Assembly: GCA_963711835.1 (NCBI GenBank)
Contig: CAVQFQ010000017.1
Location: forward strand, 672,001-736,000
DNA: 64,000 nucleotides
Direction: 5' to 3'
From: an uncultured delta proteobacterium
GTDB lineage: Bacteria; Desulfobacterota; RBG-13-43-22
Part shown: positions 10,343-20,135 of the stretch, piece by piece
Numbering within the stretch: the first letter of the stretch is position 1
Layout of the letters: each line of letters begins with the position of its first letter
Translations under genes and position numbers: made by a program
Notes under the pieces: model-generated
Seen by the model: only the letters and a program-made list of their open reading frames with translations
Told to the model about the DNA's origin: nothing
The model's database searches: none

Positions 10343-11164
10343 TCAAGTTAGGATTCCGTTCCGCACCTTTCGCGGTCGGTTCAGGAAGGCCTGCATCAAG
10401 CGGCGCGGTTCTTCGCTCTGCCAGGTTTGCCGAAAGGCCTTTATTCCTGCCTTAACCGCTTCATCAATCGGTAATCTCTCCCAGTGACGTATAAGGACCT
10501 TCTGCATCCGGATCGCTTTCGGGCCGGCCTTAAGGATGGCCTCAATCCAGTCCTCCAGCGCCCGGTCCAGCTTCTCCGGGGCGACGACCCGGTCCACCAA
10601 ACCGCATTGCCGGGCTTCGGCAGCGGTGATGGTTTGGCCGGTATAAATCATTTCCCGAGCCTTGCCCCAGCCCATCAACTTCGGCAAGAGACAGGCCTCA
10701 ATCACCGAGGGCAGCCCAACCCGCACTTCAGGCATGCCGAATTGGGCGTCTTCCGTGGCCAGGCGCAGGTCGCAGGAGGCCGCTATTTCAAGGCCTCCGC
10801 CGAGGCAGTAGCCGGAAATCCGGGCAATGACCGGCACCGGCAGGTCCCGGATGGCCGCGCACACCCCGTGCAGGCGGGCGATAAAGGCCTCCCCGGTGTC
10901 AGGATTGAAATCGACCATTTCATTGATATCCGCACCGCCGATAAAGGCCCGTTTCCCGGCTCCGGTCAGGACCGCGACCCGCAGTCTCTCATCTCCCTTG
11001 AGGCCGACCAGGGCCTGGGTCAGTTCTTCCAGAAGGGGCGTATTGACTACATTCAGTTTGTGCTGATGATCAAGGACGATAAAGGCCACCCGACCTTTCT
11101 CCCGGCGGTCTTTCAATTCAACCCGGACTTCCCCTTTCTTTTTCTCTCTGCTCTTTTTGTTCAT
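10343..11164 (-). CDS. Enoyl-CoA hydratase/isomerase family protein
   Basis: AFIGGADI, GYCLGGGLEIAASCD, FGMPEVRVG. Confidence 0.9.
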   Translation of the reverse strand: MNKKSREKKKGEVRVELKDRREKGRVAFIVLDHQHKLNVVNTPLLEELTQALVGLKGDERLRVAVLTGAGKRAFIGGADINEMVDFNPDTGEAFIARLHGVCAAIRDLPVPVIARISGYCLGGGLEIAASCDLRLATEDAQFGMPEVRVGLPSVIEACLLPKLMGWGKAREMIYTGQTITAAEARQCGLVDRVVAPEKLDRALEDWIEAILKAGPKAIRMQKVLIRHWERLPIDEAVKAGIKAFRQTWQSEEPRRLMQAFLNRPRKVRNGILT

Positions 11165-11317
11165 CGTTTTCCCGCCCTCAGGTTTTTATCGTGGAATGTG
11201 TTGAAAACGCCCAAATGGTATCTTCTCCCGCAGAGCCCGATCGGCGATGAAAAGGTATGTCGAAGTTCTTCTTATCATGGGTTTATGATTGGGGAGGACC
11301 TTATCTCATAACATTAA

Positions 11318-12253
11318 TCAGATTTTGCTTTTCTCCGGTGCTCTTTCCCCGAGTTTTTTCCTGGCCGGTCTGACTTTATAGAGGGCTTGGTCTTCCCTGG
11401 CCAGACAAGCCCGTTTTGCATCGGCCCTTTCAAAGGTGAGTTTGGTTTTCAAAAAGAGATCCGAGCCCTCGGCTTTCAAATATCCAGTGGCCATCCGGCA
11501 ATACTCCAAATCAATTTCCACTCCGATGCTGTGGCGGCCGTTTCGAAGGGCTGCAACCATGGTCGTACCGGAGCCGCAGAACGGATCCAGAACGGTATCG
11601 CCCACAAACGAAAACATCCGTACCAAACGGGTGGCCAGTTCCAACGGAAATGGAGCAGGGTGGTGCCGAGTCGAGGCCCCGGGAATATTCCAGATTTGCT
11701 GGAACCAACGATCGAATTCGTCCTTGTTGATCCTGCTGGCCTCGCGTTGGGCGCCGGTCGGTTTTCGATAGCCTCCCGGTTTTCGCTGCATCAGGATGAA
11801 CTCCATGTCGTTTTTGATGATGGCGTTCGGCTCATAGGGTTTGCCGAGGAATTTCGATCCGTTAGGACCTCGTGATGAGGCATTGGCGATTTTGTGCCAG
11901 ACAATCGGGTTCAGGTTGTCAAAGCCGATTCGCCGGCAACTCCCACAGATATCGGCATGGAGCGGGAAAACAAGGTGCCGACCAAAATCCCGCCTGGCCA
12001 CACAAACATCGCCGACCACACAGACCATTCGGCCTCCGGGAACAAGGATCCGGTAGATATGACGCCAGACCTTCTCCAACTCCCCAAGGAATGCTTCATA
12101 ATCTTGAATGTGTCCGAGTTGATCCGGATTTTCATTGTAGCGTTTGAGGTTCCAATAGGGAGGGGAGGTGATGACAAGATGTACGGACTCGTCCTCCAAA
12201 AAAGCCAAGTCGCGGGCGTCGCTGTTGATCAGTCTGTGAATTGTTGTTTCCAT
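11318..12253 (-). CDS. Site-specific DNA amino-methyltransferase, beta class (N4-C/N6-A)
   Basis: TSPPYW (motif IV) before HPAPFP and DPFCGSGTT (motif I); likely start METTIH. Confidence 0.9.
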   Translation of the reverse strand: METTIHRLINSDARDLAFLEDESVHLVITSPPYWNLKRYNENPDQLGHIQDYEAFLGELEKVWRHIYRILVPGGRMVCVVGDVCVARRDFGRHLVFPLHADICGSCRRIGFDNLNPIVWHKIANASSRGPNGSKFLGKPYEPNAIIKNDMEFILMQRKPGGYRKPTGAQREASRINKDEFDRWFQQIWNIPGASTRHHPAPFPLELATRLVRMFSFVGDTVLDPFCGSGTTMVAALRNGRHSIGVEIDLEYCRMATGYLKAEGSDLFLKTKLTFERADAKRACLAREDQALYKVRPARKKLGERAPEKSKI

Positions 12254-12257
12254 AGCA

Positions 12258-12434
12258 TCAGATAAAACTGGCCACATGAGCGGTGAGGATCTTCGCGAAA
12301 CGTTCCATGGAGAGGTCCTCAGCAGGGGCCTTGAAGGCTCCCTTAAGGCCTTCCTGACTCGATGAACTGATAAAGGCCGAGGCGGTATAGTGCCGTTCAA
12401 GGATCAGTTTCCTGCAGAACAACTCATATCGGCG
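12258..12434 (-). pseudogene. C-terminal remnant of a PaeR7I/XhoI-like type II restriction endonuclease
   Basis: RYELFCRKLILERHYTASAFISS...DLSMERFAKILTAHV resembles the C-terminus of this family (from memory); ends 4 bp before the MTase; N-terminal part absent. Confidence 0.65.
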
Positions 12435-12480
12435 CCCTTTACAATGCCTGCACTCGTATTCATCCATGGCGGATTTCCTT

Positions 12481-12870
12481 TTAATACAGCTCAAACCCTT
12501 GGTCAATAAAATCAGGGTCAAAGGCCAAAGCCCTTTTTATCCCCTTCTGTCTCATGATTAAAAAACTCAGGCAGTCCACAAAACTGACCCCTCGCTTCCC
12601 GATTCTTTTCAGTTCCTTCAGGGCCTTTTCATGGAGGTCCTGATCTACCCATTCAATCTGGAATACCGTTACCTCCTTCAGAAATTGCAGGGCCACCTGC
12701 AGGCCAAGCCGGGCCTGCAATAAGGCCGCACTTTCCACCAAAATATAGTTGTGGAGACAAATGGACTCTCTTGCCGACAAGGCTTGATTGAATTTCTCCA
12801 GGGCCGAAGCATGATTGGGATCCGCTTTGTCCGCCATGGCATAGACAGCCGAGGTATCCAAAAAAATCAT
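12481..12870 (-). CDS. vapC: VapC-type PIN domain toxin
   Basis: FLDTSAVYA, LVES, SFVDCLS, AFDPDF acidic PIN residues. Confidence 0.88.
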   Translation of the reverse strand: MIFLDTSAVYAMADKADPNHASALEKFNQALSARESICLHNYILVESAALLQARLGLQVALQFLKEVTVFQIEWVDQDLHEKALKELKRIGKRGVSFVDCLSFLIMRQKGIKRALAFDPDFIDQGFELY

Positions 12871-13119
12871 TTTTGAAACGCCTCCTCAAGGGCCTGGTCG
12901 TGCCGTTCTGAAACTGGTTTAAGGGATCCTTGAAGGGATTTACCGGCGCCGATAAAGCGGAAATCTTTTATCGACAATGATTTTGGTTGGGCCTGAAGGG
13001 TCATTTCTTTGTCGATGAGTTCCCGAATGACCCCGGCAATGGATTTCTTTTCTTGAAAGGCCCGTTGGCGTAAGACCTCAAAGGTTTTTTCTTCTCAATT
13101 GGATCTGGGCTCGCTTCAT
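12867..13119 (-). CDS. vapB: CopG/ribbon-helix-helix VapB-type antitoxin; apparent +1 frameshift near 13095; not in ORF track
   Basis: Removing one A gives MKRAQIQLEEKTFEVLRQRAFQEKKSIAGVIRELIDKE...VSERHDQALEEAFQK*; GGAGG RBS; ATGA overlap with vapC. Confidence 0.8.
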
Positions 13120-13146
13120 GAGGGTCCTCCTTCCGGTTAGGCAGTA

Positions 13147-13177
13147 ACAGCATACCATCATGCTGTGATGATGTCAA
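13147..13177 (-). promoter_or_regulatory. sigma70 promoter of vapBC with overlapping palindromic operator
   Basis: TTGACA-N17-TATGCT on the minus strand; ACAGCAT...ATGCTGT inverted repeat over the -10 and spacer. Confidence 0.7.
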
Positions 13178-13450
13178 TCCCTTTTCTCCATACCCCGGGT
13201 CGTCATCAGGCCCCTTCTTTCTTCTAACCCCTTCCATTTCGCCCGCTAACGTGCTCAGGGCCTTCGGCTGTTCGATCAGGACGGCCGGCAGGATGGTCTC
13301 CGGGGGGCGGGGGCGGGAGGACAGTCCGCCAAGGCACCGTCAAAGGAGTCGGGCGTAGCCCCCGGGAGCGGGTGGAAGGTCTGATTTATCCTTGACTTAT
13401 CGCTTGCTTGTGATAAGGGAAAGAAAGTCAATGAAGGTGCTGGAGGAAAG

Positions 13451-16255
13451 ATGGATTATAAAAAGACCCTGAACCTGCCCCGGACTGATTTTCCGATGAA
13501 GGCCGGTCTGGCCCAAAAGGAACCAGGCTGGCTGGAAAAATGGGGGCAGATGGAATTATATCAAAAGATCCGCCGGTCTTCGCTGGGCCGGAAGCAGTTT
13601 ATCCTGCATGACGGCCCCCCCTATGCCAATGGCAACATTCACATGGGAACGGCCTTTAATAAGATTCTAAAGGACATCATCATCAAATCCAAACAGATGA
13701 CCGGATTTGACGCCCCTTATGTGCCGGGCTGGGATTGTCACGGCCTGCCGATAGAACATCAGGTGGACAAGGAATTAGGGGCCAAACGAAAGGAGCTGTC
13801 CCAGATCGAAATCCGTCAACGCTGCCGGGAGTATGCCGGAAAATATATTGATATCCAACGGGAGGAATTCAAGAGGTTGGGGGTCTTGGGAGAATGGGAA
13901 AACCCCTACCTGACCATGAATTATGCCTATGAAGCGGTCATCGTCCGGGAGTTCGGGAAATTCGCCCTCCAGGGGAGTGTCACCAAGAGCAAAAAACCCA
14001 TTTACTGGTGTGCCTCGTGCCGGACGGCCCTGGCCGAGGCCGAGGTGGAATATGAACCCCACACCTCGCCGTCCATTTTTGTCGCCTTTCCTTTAATCAG
14101 CCGCCTGGATGAAATCTATCCGGCCCTCAAAGGCAAGGACGTTTCGGTTCTGATCTGGACCACCACCCCCTGGACTATTCCAGCCAATCTGGCCCTGGCC
14201 TTTCACCCGGATTATGAGTATGTGGCCGTCCAGGTGGAGGAGGAGGTCTTCATCCTGGCCAAGGGACTTCTGGAAAAGGTCGGCCAGCGTCTGGCCTGGC
14301 AAAATCCCGTGATTTTGACTGCGGTGGATCCCAAGGTCCTGGAGGGCAAAGAAAGCCGGCATCCCCTTTACGAGCGGGGATCCATGATGATCCTGGCCCC
14401 CTATGTGACCCTGGAGGATGGTACCGGAGTGGTTCATACCGCCCCCGGTCATGGGCAGGAAGATTATGAGAGCGGTCTCAACTATCACCTGGACATCTAT
14501 TCGCCCGTCGATGACGGGGGCCGGTTCACCCCTGAGGTCGGGTTTTTCGCCGGGGAATTTGTCTTTGAAGCCAACGAGTCGGTCAAGAAAAAATTACGGG
14601 AAGTGCAGGCCCTGAAAGGGGAGGAAACCATTGAACACAGTTACCCCCACTGCTGGCGCTGCAAAAAGCCGGTTATTTTCAGGGCCACCGAACAATGGTT
14701 TATCTCCATGGAGGCCAATGACTTAAGGAAAAAGGCCCTGGCCGAGATTGATCGGGTCACCTGGGTGCCGGCCTGGGGCCGGGACCGGATCCGGGGCATG
14801 ATGGAAACCCGGCCGGACTGGTGTCTTTCCCGCCAGCGATCCTGGGGCGTACCCATCCCGGCCTTTTATTGCCTGCAGTGCAACAACTGGGTCCTTACCC
14901 AGGCTATGCTCGACCGTCTTGAAGAATTGGTGAACGATCAGGGGGCCGATATCTGGTTCTCCGCGCCGGTGGAGCAATTGATCCCTTCCGGCACCACCTG
15001 CCCTCATTGTCAGGGCAGCCAATTCCGAAAGGAGACCGACATCCTGGATGTCTGGTTTGATTCCGGGGTGAGTTATGCCGGGGTCCTGGAAGCCCGACCC
15101 TACCTCAGGTCTCCGGCAGACCTCTATCTGGAGGGGAGCGATCAGCATCGGGGCTGGTTTCACAGTTCCCTCCTGGCCTCGGTGGGAACCAGAGGACAGG
15201 CGCCTTATCAGGCGGTTTTGACCCATGGCTTCGTGGTGGACGGCAAAGGGAAGAAGATGTCGAAATCCCTGGGGAACGTCATCTACCCTGAAGAGGTCAT
15301 TAAAAAATGGGGGGCCGAGATCCTGCGTCTCTGGGTATCGGCTGAGGACTATCGGGACGATATCCGGATCTCTTCCGGAATCCTCCAGCAGTTAACCGAA
15401 GCCTATCGTCGGATCCGCAATACCTGCCGTTTTCTGTTGGGAAACGTGGCCGGGTTCCGAAGCCGGCTGGATCAGGTGCCTTTTTCGGAGATGGAAGAAT
15501 TGGACCGCTGGGCCCTGCATCAGCTCCAATACGTTATCAGCCGGGTTAGACGGGCTTATGAAAGCTATGAATTTCACATCGTCTATCACACCCTCTATCA
15601 ATTCTGCACCAATGAACTCAGTGCTTTTTATCTGGACATCCTCAAGGACCGGCTTTATACCTTTGCTCCCCAGTCCCGGGAAAGACGTTCGGCCCAAACC
15701 GCCCTGATGATCATCCTCAAGGCCCTGGTGCGGCTCATGGCCCCGATCCTGTCGTTCACGGCTGAAGAGGTCTGGTCCTATTTGGCTCCGGAAGAAAAGG
15801 AGGAAGAAAGCGTTCACCTGACCCAACTCCCGGCCCAGGAAGCCGGGCTTTTGGACGAGGCCTTGAATGAACGCTGGAAGACCCTGATCGCCTTAAGGGG
15901 AGAAGTGACCAAGGCCCTGGAGCTAGCCCGGCGGGCCCAGCTCATCGGCCACCCGCTGGAGGCCAAAGTAACTCTTTCTCTGCCCGACTCCTTGGGGTCG
16001 CTTATAGGTCCCTATAGCGCATTTTTTGCCACCCTCTTTATCGTTTCCCAGGTCGAGGTCGTCCCAGGCCGGACCGCCGAAGAAGCCTTTTCAAGCCTGG
16101 AGATTCCGGGCCTGACCATCCAGGTGGAACGGGCTCGGGGGGAAAAGTGTGAACGCTGCTGGAATTACCGGCTTGAGGTGGGAAAATTTATCGAGCACCC
16201 TACGATCTGCCCCCGTTGTTATCAGGCCATTACCCAAGGGCAAGGATTATCCTGA
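13451..16255 (+). CDS. ileS: Isoleucine--tRNA ligase (type 1)
   Basis: [27 protein letters not shown]-terminal KCERCW...CPRC zinc finger. Confidence 0.98.
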   Translation: MDYKKTLNLPRTDFPMKAGLAQKEPGWLEKWGQMELYQKIRRSSLGRKQFILHDGPPYANGNIHMGTAFNKILKDIIIKSKQMTGFDAPYVPGWDCHGLPIEHQVDKELGAKRKELSQIEIRQRCREYAGKYIDIQREEFKRLGVLGEWENPYLTMNYAYEAVIVREFGKFALQGSVTKSKKPIYWCASCRTALAEAEVEYEPHTSPSIFVAFPLISRLDEIYPALKGKDVSVLIWTTTPWTIPANLALAFHPDYEYVAVQVEEEVFILAKGLLEKVGQRLAWQNPVILTAVDPKVLEGKESRHPLYERGSMMILAPYVTLEDGTGVVHTAPGHGQEDYESGLNYHLDIYSPVDDGGRFTPEVGFFAGEFVFEANESVKKKLREVQALKGEETIEHSYPHCWRCKKPVIFRATEQWFISMEANDLRKKALAEIDRVTWVPAWGRDRIRGMMETRPDWCLSRQRSWGVPIPAFYCLQCNNWVLTQAMLDRLEELVNDQGADIWFSAPVEQLIPSGTTCPHCQGSQFRKETDILDVWFDSGVSYAGVLEARPYLRSPADLYLEGSDQHRGWFHSSLLASVGTRGQAPYQAVLTHGFVVDGKGKKMSKSLGNVIYPEEVIKKWGAEILRLWVSAEDYRDDIRISSGILQQLTEAYRRIRNTCRFLLGNVAGFRSRLDQVPFSEMEELDRWALHQLQYVISRVRRAYESYEFHIVYHTLYQFCTNELSAFYLDILKDRLYTFAPQSRERRSAQTALMIILKALVRLMAPILSFTAEEVWSYLAPEEKEEESVHLTQLPAQEAGLLDEALNERWKTLIALRGEVTKALELARRAQLIGHPLEAKVTLSLPDSLGSLIGPYSAFFATLFIVSQVEVVPGRTAEEAFSSLEIPGLTIQVERARGEKCERCWNYRLEVGKFIEHPTICPRCYQAITQGQGLS

Positions 16256-16731
16256 TGGTTAGAAAAAATTTTTGGCCTCTGGGCCTGACTTTTTTCTCGG
16301 TCTTGGTTTTGGATCTGCTTACAAAAAAATACGTCCTGACCCATTATCCCCTGTATTACTCCCGGGAGGTTATCCCTGGATTTTTTAATCTGGTCCATAT
16401 CCAAAACAGGGGTGTGGCCTTTGGGTTCTTAAGCGGGCAGAATTCCTTCTGGCGGGATGCCCTCCTGACCCTGCTCCCCATAGCGGCCATCGTGGGCATC
16501 CTGATCTATCTTCTGATCACCCCTCCCGGCAAAAAAGGCCTGCTTCTGGCCCTGGGAGGTGTCTTGGGCGGCGCCCTGGGTAACCTGATCGACCGGTTCC
16601 GTTTTAAAGCCGTTGTGGATTTCCTGGATTTTTACTGGGGGAAGGTCCACTGGCCGGCTTTTAATGTCGCCGATTCGGCTATCACCCTGGGGGTCCTTTA
16701 CTTGATCTATCGATTTTGGAGAGAGGCCTGA
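16255..16731 (+). CDS. lspA: Lipoprotein signal peptidase
   Basis: NRGVAFG, GALGNLIDR, VVDFLD, WPAFNVAD; follows ileS. Confidence 0.95.
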   Translation: MVRKNFWPLGLTFFSVLVLDLLTKKYVLTHYPLYYSREVIPGFFNLVHIQNRGVAFGFLSGQNSFWRDALLTLLPIAAIVGILIYLLITPPGKKGLLLALGGVLGGALGNLIDRFRFKAVVDFLDFYWGKVHWPAFNVADSAITLGVLYLIYRFWREA

Positions 16732-16733
16732 TC

Positions 16734-17504
16734 ATGTTTCCCACCCTGTTTCAATTCGGATCTTTTGCCCTCCACACCTATGGGTTATTTATCGCAGTGG
16801 GTTTTCTTCTGGGTATCGGGTTGGCCCTGAAAGAAGGCCGCCGAAAGGGAATCCCTTCGGAAAAGATCCTGGATCTTTCTTTTTTTATCATTATCTCAGC
16901 CATCGTAGGTTCCCGTCTTCTCTACGTGGCCATTAATTATACCTATTACCTGGACCATCCTCTGGCCTTCTTTAAAATCTGGGAAGGAGGACTGGTTTTT
17001 TACGGCGGCTTCATCCTGGCCTTCCTGACCGGGCTCTGGTACCTTAAAAAACAGCAACTTCCCTTCTGGGAGATGGGAGACCTCCTGGCTCCTTCCATTG
17101 CCATAGGCCAGGTATTCGGACGGTTAGGCTGCTTTGCCGCCGGCTGTTGTTTTGGGGAAAGAACGGATCTTCCCTGGGCGGTTACCTTCAGTCATCCGGA
17201 TTCACTGGCCCCGACCGGGGTGGCCTTGCATCCCACCCAATTGTATGAGGCCTTGGCCGCTCTGGTTATCTTTTTGATTCTAATGCTATTGAAGGGCCGT
17301 CCGTCCGTTCCGGGGTATCGGATCCTGCTCTACCTGTTTCTCTATGGTTCGGTGCGCTGGGGAATTGAATTTTTCCGGGGAGATTACCGGGGAACCCTCA
17401 TAGGAGGCGGCTGGTCGGATACCCAGTATATCAGCCTGCTGTTGATTGTTTTTTCAATAATCATGGCCCTTTATTTAAAAAAAAGAAAAGCCCGGCCGAC
17501 CTAA
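16734..17504 (+). CDS. lgt: Prolipoprotein diacylglyceryl transferase
   Basis: WEGGLVFYGG, GRLGCF, HPTQLYE, EFFRGD. Confidence 0.95.
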   Translation: MFPTLFQFGSFALHTYGLFIAVGFLLGIGLALKEGRRKGIPSEKILDLSFFIIISAIVGSRLLYVAINYTYYLDHPLAFFKIWEGGLVFYGGFILAFLTGLWYLKKQQLPFWEMGDLLAPSIAIGQVFGRLGCFAAGCCFGERTDLPWAVTFSHPDSLAPTGVALHPTQLYEALAALVIFLILMLLKGRPSVPGYRILLYLFLYGSVRWGIEFFRGDYRGTLIGGGWSDTQYISLLLIVFSIIMALYLKKRKARPT

Positions 17505-17630
17505 AAAAAAACTTGCCAATTTTTTTTTATTATATTAGACCTCTCCTTAGTTTAGGAAAATACGGGCTTCTCGTTGGGTTAGGGGAGGCCGGGATCAGGA
17601 TATCGATCAGACAAAAAAAGGGGGTTCATT

Positions 17631-18062
17631 TTGGTTATCTTAGAAGAACTAAGATACAGTAAGGATCATGTCTGGGCCCGATTGGATGATGACAATCGGA
17701 TCACCATCGGCATCACCGATTATGCCCAGGAGGAGCTTGGAGAATTATCCGGTATTGACCTGCCCGAAGAAGGGGATGAGGTCGTCAAGGATGAACCCTT
17801 TGGTTCGGCAGAATCCCAGATTGCCGTGTCGGATCTTTTTTCTCCTCTGAATGGGGAGATCCTCGAGGTCAACCAGGAACTCCTGGATTCCCCGGAAATT
17901 ATCAATGAGGATCCTTATCAAGACGGATGGATTATCCGGATAGACGTCTCCTCCACCACCGAATATTATGAACTCTTAACCGCCGAAGAGTATGAAGATT
18001 ACCTGAAAGAGATCCGGGGGGAAGAGGCGCTGGAGGAGGAAGAAGAGGTAGCAGAGGAATAA
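17631..18062 (+). CDS. gcvH: Glycine cleavage H-like protein; lipoyl-lysine position appears substituted
   Basis: YSKDHVW, IGITDYAQEELG, INEDPYQDGW; ESQIAVSD in place of ESxKAxSD. Confidence 0.85.
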   Translation: MVILEELRYSKDHVWARLDDDNRITIGITDYAQEELGELSGIDLPEEGDEVVKDEPFGSAESQIAVSDLFSPLNGEILEVNQELLDSPEIINEDPYQDGWIIRIDVSSTTEYYELLTAEEYEDYLKEIRGEEALEEEEEVAEE

Positions 18063-18115
18063 TAATCCGGAACTTCGAGGATTCAAAACTTCCCGACGGA
18101 ACAGCTTCGGGCAAC

Positions 18116-18892
18116 GTGAACGCATTGGAAGGCCGGAAAAGGAGCAGAAAGATCGACTCCATCATCGTCCGAAAGGTCGTCGAACAGATAAAAATGTCCC
18201 GCCGGGCGGTGGCCCTGACAGGAGCGGGCATATCGGTGGAAAGCGGCATCCCGGCTTTCCGAGGGAGCCAGGGCCTCTGGGATCGCTATGACCCCATGGA
18301 ATTCGCTCATATTGAAGCCTTCCTGGCCGATCCTAAAAAGGTCTGGCGGATGTTGGTCGAGCTCAGGACTCTGGTCGATCAGGCCCAACCCAACCCGGCC
18401 CACCTGGCCCTGGCCCGATTGGAAAAATTAGGCTATTTAAAGGCTATTATTACCCAGAATATCGACGCCCTCCATCAGCAGGCCGGGAATAAAGACGTTA
18501 TCGAATTTCACGGCAACGGCCAACGGTTGATCTGCTTGAGTTGCGGAAAACAGTTCGCCAAAGGGACGATTCCCCTTGATTCCCTTCCTCCACGTTGTCT
18601 TTGCCAGGGCCTTCTTAAACCCGATGTGGTTTTTTTCGGGGAGCCCATTCCCCAGGAAGCCAGTCGGCGGGCCTTTCAACTCAGCCAAGAATGTGATCTG
18701 ATGCTGGTCATCGGGACCTCGGCGGTAGTAGCCCCGGCGAGTCATTTGCCCTTTATGGCCAAACAAAACGGAGCGGTACTTATTGAAATAAATCTTGAAC
18801 GTACGCACCTATCGGAGACTATTTCCGATTTCGTTTTGGAAGCTTCCGCCAGCCAAGCCCTGACCGTTATTCTGGAATATTTTGGATCCTGA
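18116..18892 (+). CDS. cobB: NAD-dependent protein deacylase (sirtuin)
   Basis: TGAGISVESGIPAFRG, TQNIDALH, HG, CxxC...CxC zinc site, KPDVVFFGE, GTS; start uncertain. Confidence 0.92.
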   Translation: MNALEGRKRSRKIDSIIVRKVVEQIKMSRRAVALTGAGISVESGIPAFRGSQGLWDRYDPMEFAHIEAFLADPKKVWRMLVELRTLVDQAQPNPAHLALARLEKLGYLKAIITQNIDALHQQAGNKDVIEFHGNGQRLICLSCGKQFAKGTIPLDSLPPRCLCQGLLKPDVVFFGEPIPQEASRRAFQLSQECDLMLVIGTSAVVAPASHLPFMAKQNGAVLIEINLERTHLSETISDFVLEASASQALTVILEYFGS

Positions 18893-18979
18893 GTCACGGA
18901 CCTCGTTCCCTATTCCCAATTTCGATTCCAAACGCGGCAGGTTTTCTAAGGAAGATAAAAGGGGGGAAAAAATAATCCG

Positions 18980-19717
18980 ATGTTGAGTATCATTAATCAA
19001 AATGAGATTCTATCCATGGTCTGGCATGCCGGAGCCATGGTTAAATTCGTCCTTTTTCTGCTTTTGGCCTTTTCGATCCTTTCCTGGGCTATTATTATTA
19101 TGAAATATCGCATCATTCAGAGGGCCCGCAAGGAGACCAGCCGATTCCAGGAGATTTTTTGGAACAGCAAAAGCCTGGCTACGGCTTATAAGGAATCCAA
19201 AGACCTGGGTTACAGCCCGGTAGCGGAGGTCTTTCGGGTCGGGTATCAGGAATTGGGACGGCTTCGAAAAATGCATCAGGAGAACGAAGAAGCAGCCAAG
19301 GGAGAAGGCAGTGATATTTTAACCACCAGCCTGGGCCATTATGAAAATATTCCCCGGGCCTTGCGGGCCGCCATGAATTCCCAGGTAACCCGGTTGGGCT
19401 ACGCCCTTACTTTTTTAGCCACCACCGGGAATACCGCTCCTTTTATCGGGCTGTTCGGCACCGTCTGGGGGATTATGAATTCCTTCCATAGTATCGGACT
19501 GCGCGGAGGAGCCAGTCTGGCGGTGGTGGCCCCGGGCATTTCCGAGGCCCTGATAGCTACGGCCGCCGGATTGGGAGCGGCTATCCCTTCGGTCATTGCC
19601 TATAATTATTTCTCTAGTCAAGTCCGGGTCCTGGAGTCGGAGATGAGCAATTTTTCCTCCGATTTAATCAACATGATTGAAAGGGACCATTTAAGGAAGT
19701 TCGGATCCAGGAGGTAA
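18980..19717 (+). CDS. tolQ: Tol-Pal protein TolQ
   Basis: PFIGLFGTVWGIMNSF, VAPGISEALIATAAGL. Confidence 0.93.
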   Translation: MLSIINQNEILSMVWHAGAMVKFVLFLLLAFSILSWAIIIMKYRIIQRARKETSRFQEIFWNSKSLATAYKESKDLGYSPVAEVFRVGYQELGRLRKMHQENEEAAKGEGSDILTTSLGHYENIPRALRAAMNSQVTRLGYALTFLATTGNTAPFIGLFGTVWGIMNSFHSIGLRGGASLAVVAPGISEALIATAAGLGAAIPSVIAYNYFSSQVRVLESEMSNFSSDLINMIERDHLRKFGSRR

Positions 19718-19724
19718 TCCCGGC

Positions 19725-20135
19725 ATGAACGTCGGCGGCGACAGAAAGTTGATGTCTGAAATCAATGTCACCCCCCTGGTGGATGTCATGTTGGTTTTGC
19801 TGATCATCTTCATGGTGGCGGCCCCCATGATGATGCAGGGTATGGATGTCCAACTCCCCCAGACCCAGGCCAAGACCATTCAAGCCCAGGAAGAACGGCT
19901 GGTCATTACCTTGACCAAGAAGCAAGAGATTTTTATCAATGAATACCGCGTCAGTCGGGAAGAATTGCAGGAAAAATTAAAGGCCCTTTACCAGAATAAA
20001 AAGGAGGGGGAGGTTTTTCTCCGGGCCGACCGTTCTCTCCCTTACGGCTTTGTCGTTCAGGTGATGAGTGATATCAAAACGGCGGGCATCGAAAAGTTAG
20101 GGATGGTAACTGAACCCGGGGATGATAAAAAATGA
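19725..20135 (+). CDS. tolR: Tol-Pal protein TolR
   Basis: EINVTPLVDVMLVLLIIFMV, LRADRSLPYG. Confidence 0.93.
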   Translation: MNVGGDRKLMSEINVTPLVDVMLVLLIIFMVAAPMMMQGMDVQLPQTQAKTIQAQEERLVITLTKKQEIFINEYRVSREELQEKLKALYQNKKEGEVFLRADRSLPYGFVVQVMSDIKTAGIEKLGMVTEPGDDKK

